The position numbers were made by a program, and so were the translations under genes. Under the pieces are notes generated by a model. That model made no database searches. It saw only the letters and a program-made list of their open reading frames with translations, and had not been told where the DNA came from. A stretch of DNA of 61,175 nucleotides. Origin: an uncultured Bacilli bacterium. GTDB lineage: Bacteria; Bacillota_I; Bacilli_A; RFN20; CAG-826. The stretch spans positions 1 to 61,175 of the forward strand of contig CALVMF010000001.1 of the NCBI GenBank assembly GCA_944342125.1. Direction: 5' to 3'. Positions 44,572-52,523 of the stretch are shown piece after piece. Position 1 is the stretch's first letter; each line of letters begins with the position of its first letter.

Positions 44572-46418
44572 TGACATCTGTTAGGACGTTAAACACATTG
44601 ATTAGTGAGAATAAGGGAGGCAATTTCCTCCTTATTTTTGGCATTCTTTTTCTTTGTTTTGCCTTGTTATGCACAGGCGTTTATCTTTATTTATATTTTA
44701 ATGGGCAACAAGCAAGAAAAAGAATTCTATATGAACTCAATGCAGAAAGCGCAATTGTTATTGATTTAGAGAATAAAAAAGTTCGATTAATTAATTTTAA
44801 AAAACTTGATAACACCGTGATAATGGAATACAGCGATTTTCTAAAGAATTTTTATGAAGAGGATATAAAGAAATTTGATAAATGGGTTAAAAATCTTGCA
44901 ACTGGTCAAATTTTAGCCGATAGTGAAGATACAGTTAAGCTATTTTCGTTTTGTACTTGTAGCAAAGAAAAAAAAGACTTTTTAAAGTATACTTATCGAT
45001 TAATGTTTTGTTGCACAAAAATAAATAAAGAGAAAAAAACTTTATATCTTAATACACACTTTTTATATAACTTACCAATTAAAGATAAAAAAATATTTAA
45101 TAAAAATAGCTTGGGTATATACAGCATCAAAGAGATAAATCAAATGTATATACAAAACACCTTTAGATATGGGGTGATGTTTTTTGTAAAACTATATAAA
45201 AAGAACAATCTGCCTAGTTCATTTAATGAGTATGAGATTAGATATATGTTGCTAAATGCACTATGTAAGAAGTTTAAAAAACTAAGAACCCACTCTTATT
45301 ATTATGTTTTTAGTGATAACAATCCACTCGAATTGATAGCCATCCGTTGCAAATCAAATGAAATCGGTATTAATGCAAGAAGCATCAGTACGGTTGGAAA
45401 AATAACAAATTATATTAAAAGACAAAATGTCTATATTGAATACCTTTTAGAAGTTAAAGGCTTTGCTGGTTTTTATGATTATGTTATTACTGCAAGTCAA
45501 ATCAGTAAACTTGATAAAGATTTTACAAAAAGTGTTGATATGCTCGACAAACTTGCAAGCATTGCAAAAGAAGATAAACTAAAATACTTAGTTTATAAAG
45601 ATGAATTTGGAAGTAGCCAAAATATTGAAGACTCTTATAAAGCTGAGCTTGCAAAAATCATAAGGCTTAACTTATTGACCGTTAATTTTTTACCTATTTA
45701 TAGAATTGCTAATGTTCGTGTTATGAATCCTGGTTATATTGCTATTGTTGAACCTAAGCAATCACTCTTCAAGAATATTGAAGAAGTTAAAAAAGTCGCA
45801 ATTAAATACGAACAGGTTAAAGATTTAACATCCTTGATTGTTCGTGATGTTGTGCCTGTTTTTAACGACGAAAAGGAAAATTTAACCGCAAAACTTGGCT
45901 TATTATTATCTGTATCTCAATTAGAATTCATGGTAAGAAGTTTCCCACATATGAATGGGACTGATGATTTGAATTTAATTTTAATTCTAAATAATGATGA
46001 TTTAGTTTTTCTTGAAAACGAAAAAGAATCTGAAAATTTAAAAGCTACGTTTTATAACCAAATAGATGTGTTAAAAGCTAGAGGCTATGAAATATATCTA
46101 AAAATAGAAGTTGGTAATTACATTTTAAGAGAAAAAACGTACCAAATGTTTGATGGGTATTTTGTAGTGTCGAATTTGCCGTCGACTATTAAACTTCAAA
46201 GTCGTTCGGTTCAAGATAGTTATGCACTTTATAACAAAATGCTTAAGCTTGGAAAACCTGTGGTAAGCTATCGAGCCCAAAGCTGGCAGGAAATCGAGCT
46301 TTTGGTAAAAAGAGGTGTCTACAGTTTTGCAACTGAGATCTTAAGTGAACCATCGAGCGTACTTTTGCCAATTAAGAAAAAAGTAAGTAAACGCTTATCT
46401 GACATGTATAAAAAATAA
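44571..46418 (+). CDS. membrane-anchored protein with degenerate GGDEF-like and degenerate EAL-like domains
   Basis: One N-terminal TM. FLPIYRIANVRVMNPGYIAIVEP parallels the EAL-domain YQPIv....g.i.G.EALlR block. KARGYEIYLKIEVGNY parallels LGv.ialDDFGtGy. VVSYRAQSWQEIELLVKRG parallels vvAEGVEt.eq...L...G. All catalytic residues are replaced. Confidence 0.5.
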   Translation: MTSVRTLNTLISENKGGNFLLIFGILFLCFALLCTGVYLYLYFNGQQARKRILYELNAESAIVIDLENKKVRLINFKKLDNTVIMEYSDFLKNFYEEDIKKFDKWVKNLATGQILADSEDTVKLFSFCTCSKEKKDFLKYTYRLMFCCTKINKEKKTLYLNTHFLYNLPIKDKKIFNKNSLGIYSIKEINQMYIQNTFRYGVMFFVKLYKKNNLPSSFNEYEIRYMLLNALCKKFKKLRTHSYYYVFSDNNPLELIAIRCKSNEIGINARSISTVGKITNYIKRQNVYIEYLLEVKGFAGFYDYVITASQISKLDKDFTKSVDMLDKLASIAKEDKLKYLVYKDEFGSSQNIEDSYKAELAKIIRLNLLTVNFLPIYRIANVRVMNPGYIAIVEPKQSLFKNIEEVKKVAIKYEQVKDLTSLIVRDVVPVFNDEKENLTAKLGLLLSVSQLEFMVRSFPHMNGTDDLNLILILNNDDLVFLENEKESENLKATFYNQIDVLKARGYEIYLKIEVGNYILREKTYQMFDGYFVVSNLPSTIKLQSRSVQDSYALYNKMLKLGKPVVSYRAQSWQEIELLVKRGVYSFATEILSEPSSVLLPIKKKVSKRLSDMYKK

Positions 46419-46428
46419 AGGAGATGTT

Positions 46429-47856
46429 ATGGATATAAAAAATAAATCAATTACAAGCAGAGACGATGACTTTGCACAATGGTACACGGACGTTTGTAAG
46501 AAAGCAGAATTAATGGATTATAGTAATGTTAAGGGTTTTATTATTTATCGACCATATGGTTATGCAATATGGGAGCAAATTCAACATTATTTAGATAACG
46601 AATTCAAAAAAACTGGTCATGAAAACATTTATATGCCTTTAGTCATTAGTGAATCATTATTTCAAAAAGAGAAAGACCACATTGAAGGCTTTGCACCTGA
46701 GTGTTTAATCGCAACTATAGGTGGTGGTCAAGAATTACAAGATAGATTAATTATTAGACCAACTAGCGAGTGCGTTTTTACCGAACATTATTCGCATATT
46801 ATTAAAAGTTATAGAGATTTACCAAAATTATATAACCAATGGTGTTCGGTTGTAAGATGGGAAAAAACAACTAGACCTTTCTTACGTGGCAGCGAGTTTT
46901 TATGGCAAGAAGGTCATACGATGCATGCAACAGAACATGAAGCAAGACAAGAAACTTTAAGAATGCTTGAAATCTATGATAAATGTGGAAAAGATCTTTT
47001 AGCTATCCCATTCGTTAAAGGAAGAAAAACCGAAAAAGAAAAGTTTGCTGGAGCTTTAGAAACTTATTCAATTGAAGCTTTAATGCATGATGGCAAAGCA
47101 CTTCAAAGTGGAACATCTCACTATTTTGGAGATGGTTTTGCTAAAGCTTTCGGTGTCCAATATCTAGATAAAGATGGGAAAATCAAAACTCCTTACCAAA
47201 CTAGTTGGGGTGTATCTACTAGACTTATAGGCGCCATTATTATGGTGCATGGAGATGACAATGGTCTAGTTTTACCACCTTTTGTTGCTCCTATTCAAGT
47301 TGTAATCGTTCCAATTAAGATGAATGAACATGGTGTTTTATCAAAGTGTCAGGAAATTAAGGAAACTTTGGAAAAATCAGGAATAAGGGTTAAATTAGAC
47401 TCTAGTGATAAAACTCCTGGTTGGAAATTCTCAGAATACGAAATGAAAGGAGTTCCTTTAAGAATTGAGATTGGTCCTAAAGATTTAAATCAAAATTCAT
47501 GCATGATTGCAAAACGTAATGATGGTAAAAAGGATAGATATTCTTTAGAAAACATCGCAGAAACCTGTTCTTCTGTCTTAAAAACTATTCATAATGAAAT
47601 GTATAATGCTGCTTTACACAACTTGTTATCTAATATTAAAGAAGCACATTCATACGAAGAAGTTAAAACAATCGTCAATAATGGTGGCTATTGTAAAATG
47701 ATGTGGTGTGGTTCCGAAGATTGTGAAAATAAAATTAAAGAGGATACCAACGCGACCGCACGCTGCATACCTTTCGATCAGGTCGCTTTTGACGACACAT
47801 GTCCTGTTTGTGGAAAAAAAGCGAAGTATGTAGTTTATTTTGCTAAAGCCTATTAA
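46429..47856 (+). CDS. proS: prolyl-tRNA synthetase (short archaeal/eukaryote-like type)
   Basis: Class II motifs (FRPTSE-like IIRPTSE, RWEKTTRPFLRGSEFLWQEGH, GTSHYFG), C-terminal zinc-binding domain, 475 aa. Confidence 0.93.
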   Translation: MDIKNKSITSRDDDFAQWYTDVCKKAELMDYSNVKGFIIYRPYGYAIWEQIQHYLDNEFKKTGHENIYMPLVISESLFQKEKDHIEGFAPECLIATIGGGQELQDRLIIRPTSECVFTEHYSHIIKSYRDLPKLYNQWCSVVRWEKTTRPFLRGSEFLWQEGHTMHATEHEARQETLRMLEIYDKCGKDLLAIPFVKGRKTEKEKFAGALETYSIEALMHDGKALQSGTSHYFGDGFAKAFGVQYLDKDGKIKTPYQTSWGVSTRLIGAIIMVHGDDNGLVLPPFVAPIQVVIVPIKMNEHGVLSKCQEIKETLEKSGIRVKLDSSDKTPGWKFSEYEMKGVPLRIEIGPKDLNQNSCMIAKRNDGKKDRYSLENIAETCSSVLKTIHNEMYNAALHNLLSNIKEAHSYEEVKTIVNNGGYCKMMWCGSEDCENKIKEDTNATARCIPFDQVAFDDTCPVCGKKAKYVVYFAKAY

Positions 47857-47886
47857 ACCCTTTTAATAATTTCTTAAGTTAATAAA

Positions 47887-48483
47887 ATGTTTTTACTCGA
47901 AAGCTTTATTTTAAGTATCACAATGGCTGCTGATGCAATGTGTGCTGCAGCTAGTGATGGTATTAAAGAACACGACATAAAACTATCTAAAGGCTTTTTA
48001 ATAGCTTTATCATTTGGCGTTTTTCAATTCATTATGCCAGTGATAGGCTATTTTATTAGCTTTGCAGTTTATGAATATATTCAATTTTATATACCTTGGA
48101 TTGCTTTCGGGATAATGGCTTTATTAGGAATAAAATCTTTAGTAGATGGCATTAAAGAATTTAAAAGCAGTATTAATGAAGAAAGAAATTCTTTAGATAC
48201 TACTAAAGTAAAACCTTTAGAAATATTTATTCAATCGATTGCAACTTCTATCGATGCATTATCAGTCGGTTTTACACTTACTGCTTCAACAAGCAATGTT
48301 TCTGAAGCAATGCTGACTTGTGGAATTATCGGCCTTGTTACGATGCTATTATCTTTTTTATGCGTTATTTTCGGTAAAAAAATTGGTATTTATATTGAAA
48401 AATATGCATCAATTATTTCAGGCTTAATATTTATCGCTCTATCGATTAAGTTTTTAGTAGAAGCGATTATGTTAGTTTTATAA
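47887..48483 (+). CDS. mntP: manganese efflux pump MntP family
   Basis: Two-repeat 6-TM protein with AADAM and SIDALSVGF (DUF204) motifs. 198 aa. Confidence 0.8.
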   Translation: MFLLESFILSITMAADAMCAAASDGIKEHDIKLSKGFLIALSFGVFQFIMPVIGYFISFAVYEYIQFYIPWIAFGIMALLGIKSLVDGIKEFKSSINEERNSLDTTKVKPLEIFIQSIATSIDALSVGFTLTASTSNVSEAMLTCGIIGLVTMLLSFLCVIFGKKIGIYIEKYASIISGLIFIALSIKFLVEAIMLVL

Positions 48484-48512
48484 AAGTTAGTTGGATCACG
48501 AAGGTTAAACAT
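48390..48512 (-). CDS. candidate 40-aa ORF antisense to the mntP 3' end, driven by repeat copy B
   Basis: AAAGGAG lies 8 nt upstream of ATG 48512-48510. Peptide is MFNLRDPTNFYKTNIIASTKNLIDRAINIKPEIIDAYFSI. An in-frame GTG at 48530 is equivalent to the comFA GTG. Below the ORF-track length cutoff. Confidence 0.3.
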   Translation of the reverse strand: MFNLRDPTNFYKTNIIASTKNLIDRAINIKPEIIDAYFSI

Positions 48513-48520
48513 AAATTTTT

Positions 48521-48590
48521 CTCCTTTCACTATATTAGAAGGTGATTACTATTTAAATTTTTTAAAAAATTAAAAAAGTTTTTTAAAAAA
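48521..48590 (-). repeat. Copy B of the inverted promoter/RBS-like cassette (perfect core 48521-48562)
   Basis: Exact reverse complement of 8290-8331. The imperfect extension runs to about 48590. Confidence 0.9.
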
Positions 48591-48638
48591 ATACAAAATT
48601 TTTCCTATTTGGTAAAATATTGATAAGGAATTTAGAAA

Positions 48639-49592
48639 ATGAAAGCCAATAAATATGTTCCATTAACAAAAAAAGAAAGAAAAATCATCGCAAATCACAA
48701 ACGTTTTGTTAAAATTACGCCGTTATTTATTATAGTAGGATTTTTTACTGCCTTTGCTGGACTTACGCTTTGTATAATTGGCGGAGCAGATTTTGAAGAA
48801 AACAAAATATTACTTTATATTGGTTTACCATTATTACTATTTGGAATTATTTGCTTTTTTACTCTGAAATTTAGATATTTAAATCTTTCTTTATATAATA
48901 AATTAATTTATCGCTTACTTAGTGAATCGTTTAATATTACTGATTATTCTTTTGATGATAAGCCAACTTGGCCAAAGAATTATTTAATAAGCAATGAAAT
49001 TGCTAATGTTGAAATTTTAAATATTAGCAACGAAAGCTATTCTTTTAATAAGAATAATTCAAAAGTTACAACAATAAACATCACTCGTTCAATAAGTAAG
49101 GATAGTAATAAAGATTTTATAAATGAAATGTTTTCGGTTTCAAAAGATGCAATCGCAGGTAAAAATAAAATTGCTGCTTCTTTAAGTGTCAAAGGAGTCC
49201 TTATTGAGATTACAAATTTAATTAATAAATTTGATAACGTTATAGATGTTAGAAGCTTAGGTAGCGATATTCCTTCTAGTATGCTTTTTAATAGTGAAAA
49301 TCGAATTGAAAAAGACGATTTTTCAAATAAATTCGAAGTATATATGAGCTCTTCAAATTCATATGATCAAATTAACGATAATCTCAAATCAGCTTTATTG
49401 AAATTAGAAGAAAAAGGTTTTAAGTTTATCTTACTTATCAAAAGTGGAACAGCGTTTATTTTTATAAAAGACCATTTTATTTATCCTTATACTATTATAA
49501 GAAGAGATAATGAAGTGATTCTTGAAAACTATAAAAAGTGTGAAGATTTCTATTTATTAATCAATAATTTGATTGATTCTTTGAGTAAATAA
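48639..49592 (+). CDS. DUF3137-like membrane protein, paralog 1
   Basis: Two N-terminal TM helices followed by a ~230-aa soluble domain. Length and architecture match my recollection of DUF3137. Confidence 0.5.
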   Translation: MKANKYVPLTKKERKIIANHKRFVKITPLFIIVGFFTAFAGLTLCIIGGADFEENKILLYIGLPLLLFGIICFFTLKFRYLNLSLYNKLIYRLLSESFNITDYSFDDKPTWPKNYLISNEIANVEILNISNESYSFNKNNSKVTTINITRSISKDSNKDFINEMFSVSKDAIAGKNKIAASLSVKGVLIEITNLINKFDNVIDVRSLGSDIPSSMLFNSENRIEKDDFSNKFEVYMSSSNSYDQINDNLKSALLKLEEKGFKFILLIKSGTAFIFIKDHFIYPYTIIRRDNEVILENYKKCEDFYLLINNLIDSLSK

Positions 49593-49594
49593 TT

Positions 49595-50608
49595 ATGGAA
49601 GATAAAAAATATACACTAGAAAAAATTAATAAACTTGATGATAAATATCGTTTAAGTAAAAAAACTATATTTATAATTTTAGCCACGATTGTTCTTTCCT
49701 TAATTGGCGCTTTGATGGTTTCGCTAGGGATTACGTTTTTAGTACTGAACGGTACGGATGAGATGGTAATCTTGATTACTTTTGGTGGCATGATTTTTGT
49801 TTCGGGTTTATGCCTTCCATTATTTATTAAAACTGATAAGTCAAAAGACCAAGCATTAAAAAAACAACTTATAATTCAAGCGATTCAAGATTCTTTTAAT
49901 GGAAGAGTAGTTTATGACTCAAATACATCTGTTAATTCGAAAATATTAAGAGAAACAGATATTTGTCCTTTTGATGTTATTAAAAGTGGCGAAAAAATCT
50001 TATTAACTCATAACAATCAAAATGTCTCGATTTTAGAAGTAACTAGTTCGTCAAATTTAGAAGAACTTTTAACTTTTATAATGGCCGCTCCAGAACTTGG
50101 AGTTATTGGCACAGCTTTTGTTGGTATTTTTGGCGCAATTCAAAAAATTTCCGATAAAAGCATAATAAATAAAAAGTTTAAAGGAACCATAATGGTTTTT
50201 CCTAACATTAAAAAGAGCTCGAATACATCGGTCGAAGTAAGAAGTAAAAAATTTATTACACCTTTATCGTCTAAATATGGAGCGAAAGATAAGTTTGAAA
50301 CTGAAGGCATAAAAGCAAACGAAAGTTTTAATTTTTATAGTTCTGATGTAAATGAAGGCTTTAAAATGGTAACACCTTTAATGATTGAAACAATTAATAC
50401 ACTTAACGAAAAACTTAAAAAAGGCTTTGTTTTAATTTTTAAAGATGATTACATCACTTTAGGCCTTTCAGAACATGAAATTAATATAGAAAATATCCTA
50501 AAAAATAAAAATATCACCGCAAAAACTGGATATTTTAAAACTTTAGAGATTTTATCTACCTATAAATATATCATCGAGTTAATCACGAAAAATCGCTATA
50601 AATACTAA
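49595..50608 (+). CDS. DUF3137-like membrane protein, paralog 2
   Basis: Same architecture as the preceding gene (2 TM plus soluble domain; FNFYSSDVNEGFKMVTPLMIETI resembles the FEVYS.D...AR.lLTP.fME.L block). 2-nt intergenic gap. Confidence 0.5.
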   Translation: MEDKKYTLEKINKLDDKYRLSKKTIFIILATIVLSLIGALMVSLGITFLVLNGTDEMVILITFGGMIFVSGLCLPLFIKTDKSKDQALKKQLIIQAIQDSFNGRVVYDSNTSVNSKILRETDICPFDVIKSGEKILLTHNNQNVSILEVTSSSNLEELLTFIMAAPELGVIGTAFVGIFGAIQKISDKSIINKKFKGTIMVFPNIKKSSNTSVEVRSKKFITPLSSKYGAKDKFETEGIKANESFNFYSSDVNEGFKMVTPLMIETINTLNEKLKKGFVLIFKDDYITLGLSEHEINIENILKNKNITAKTGYFKTLEILSTYKYIIELITKNRYKY

Positions 50609-50617
50609 AAAAATAAA

Positions 50618-50638
50618 AACCAGGTCGCGCACCTGGTT
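50618..50638. terminator. GC-rich hairpin AACCAGGT-cgcgc-ACCTGGTT
   Basis: 8-bp stem 10 nt after the stop. The A-tract lies upstream and there is no T-tract downstream, so the polarity fits minus-strand termination better than plus-strand. Confidence 0.5.
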
Positions 50639-50689
50639 AATATAAGTAATTTAACGAGTTAAGGAGAATTGTCAGTTATTAAATTACTG

Positions 50690-50709
50690 TAGTTAGTTTA
50701 TACTAACTA
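50690..50709. promoter_or_regulatory. perfect inverted repeat TAGTTAGT-TTAT-ACTAACTA, candidate DtxR/MntR-type operator
   Basis: 8+8 nt palindrome 83 nt upstream of the DtxR-family regulator gene. The half-sites (GTTAG / CTAAC) recall the DtxR box core. Confidence 0.4.
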
Positions 50710-50791
50710 TTTAGATAATACAAGTAAAATTATTACTAAAAGTTAGATATATTTAACTATTTATTTATTCTAAAAATGGTAAAATATTTTT

Positions 50792-51157
50792 ATGCGTAAC
50801 AATCAATCATTAGAAGATTATCTTGAAAGAATTTTAATCTTAGGAAAAACAAAGCAAAACGTTCGTTCTATCGACTTAGCTCACGATATGAATTTTAGTA
50901 AGCCTTCGATTTCAATCGCTATGAAAAAGCTTGAAGAAAAAGGACTCGTTGTAGTTGATAAGGATACTGGGTATTTAAGTTTAACAGAGGAAGGGTATAG
51001 TATCGCCAATAAAACGTATGAAAAACATTGTACTTTAAGGGATTTTTTCATCTCTATTGGTGTTGATAAAGATGTTGCGGCTTATGATGCTTGTAAAATT
51101 GAACATGATTTAAGCGATGAAACCTTTGAAAAGCTAAGAAAATATTTAAGAAAGTAA
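50792..51157 (+). CDS. DtxR/MntR-family metal-dependent transcriptional regulator (short, 121 aa)
   Basis: LEDYLERI, winged-HTH SIDLAHDMNFSKPSISIAMKKLEEKGLV, metal-site region CKIEHDLSDET. Confidence 0.85.
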   Translation: MRNNQSLEDYLERILILGKTKQNVRSIDLAHDMNFSKPSISIAMKKLEEKGLVVVDKDTGYLSLTEEGYSIANKTYEKHCTLRDFFISIGVDKDVAAYDACKIEHDLSDETFEKLRKYLRK

Positions 51158-51194
51158 TTATCATTCATTAAATAAAAATAAGGAATTTATATTT

Positions 51195-52523
51195 ATGGGG
51201 AAAAATTCTATGGAAAATGTTGTTAAAGAAGTGGCTTCTTATCACTTTCACGTGCCTAAAGGATGGATTAATGATCCAAACGGGATAATATATTTTGAAA
51301 ACAAATACAGAATCTTTTTTCAATATAATCCATATGAAACTTATTGGAACAATATTTCAATTGGAGTTGCAGAGAGTGATGATTTACTTAAGTTTGAAAA
51401 CTTTAAAGTTGCTTTAGCTCCAACAAAGGATGTTAATGGCATTTTTAGTGGTTCAGTCACTAGGGATAACGATGGGCTTCATCTCATATTTACAAAACAT
51501 GTTGAGAACATGTTTTTAAGAAGAGAGTCAATTTCAAAAAGTTTTTCACAAGATGCGGTTAATTTTCATACTGATTTTAAAGAGATTGTAGATGAAAAAA
51601 CTTTGCCAGAATTTGATTCAGAAAATTTTAGAGATCCTTTTATATATAGAGAAGATGGGGTCAATTACCTCTTTATTGCAAGCAAAGACAAAGAAGAGGA
51701 TCTTGGCAAAGTAATTGTTTTAAAAAGTGACAATTTAAACGACTTTAAATATGCCTTTGAAATTGGACCTTTAGAAGTTTTTGGCGAGATGATTGAATGC
51801 CCTGCAGTAGGCAAACTGGGTGATGAATATGTACTAATTTATTCATGTATCACACAAAGAAAAGATGGAAAAACTGCCCATTTAAACGGATATCTCATAT
51901 TAGACATGGATTTAGAAAATTCAAACTACTCAATTTTAAAACATGGTGTAATTGATAACGCAATTGATTTTTATGCTCCTCAACTTTTTGCAACAAAAGA
52001 TAACGAACTTGGGATGATTTCTTGGCTAAACTCTTATGATTATGACCCAATTGAACATAAATATGATTTACCTACCTGTGGGATTTATTCGTACCCTAGA
52101 ATTCTAGAAATTGAAAATGGAGAGCTTATTCAAAAGCCTTATAAAGAAATTTTGAAGCGTGTGAAAAAGCAATACCATTATTGTGAAAAAGAATTTCCAG
52201 TGAAAAGTATGCTTAAAATTCAAGCTAATGGTGAGTTTAAAATCGAGTTTAAAGGTAGTGAAAATGTTGAACCAGTTGAACTCTTGTTTTATAAGAGTAA
52301 ACTCTATTTGAAGTTTAATGATATTGTAAGTGAATCTATTAAATCGTTCTCAGATGAACTTACTTTATTAATTCTTTTGGATTACACAAGTTTTGAGGTT
52401 TTTATTAACTTAGGAAAGGAAACATTAAGTAGAAGAGTATTTTTCGGTAGCGATAGCATCTCTATCAAAATCACTAATCCAGAAAATATTAAAAATATGA
52501 TTATCGCGGAGCTTGAGATTTGA
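51195..52523 (+). CDS. GH32 beta-fructofuranosidase / sucrose-6-phosphate hydrolase-like
   Basis: HFHVPKGWINDPNG (WMNDPNG block), FRDPF (RDP), MIECP (EC) catalytic motifs. No signal peptide. Confidence 0.88.
   Translation: MGKNSMENVVKEVASYHFHVPKGWINDPNGIIYFENKYRIFFQYNPYETYWNNISIGVAESDDLLKFENFKVALAPTKDVNGIFSGSVTRDNDGLHLIFTKHVENMFLRRESISKSFSQDAVNFHTDFKEIVDEKTLPEFDSENFRDPFIYREDGVNYLFIASKDKEEDLGKVIVLKSDNLNDFKYAFEIGPLEVFGEMIECPAVGKLGDEYVLIYSCITQRKDGKTAHLNGYLILDMDLENSNYSILKHGVIDNAIDFYAPQLFATKDNELGMISWLNSYDYDPIEHKYDLPTCGIYSYPRILEIENGELIQKPYKEILKRVKKQYHYCEKEFPVKSMLKIQANGEFKIEFKGSENVEPVELLFYKSKLYLKFNDIVSESIKSFSDELTLLILLDYTSFEVFINLGKETLSRRVFFGSDSISIKITNPENIKNMIIAELEI

Noticed and set aside
46419-46428. 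T-box leader in front of proS.
   Set aside because: The gap to the upstream gene is only 10 nt, and no specifier or T-box sequence is present.
47857-47886. yybP-ykoY manganese riboswitch in front of mntP.
   Set aside because: Only 30 nt separate the proS stop from the mntP start, which is far too short for the roughly 100-nt riboswitch.
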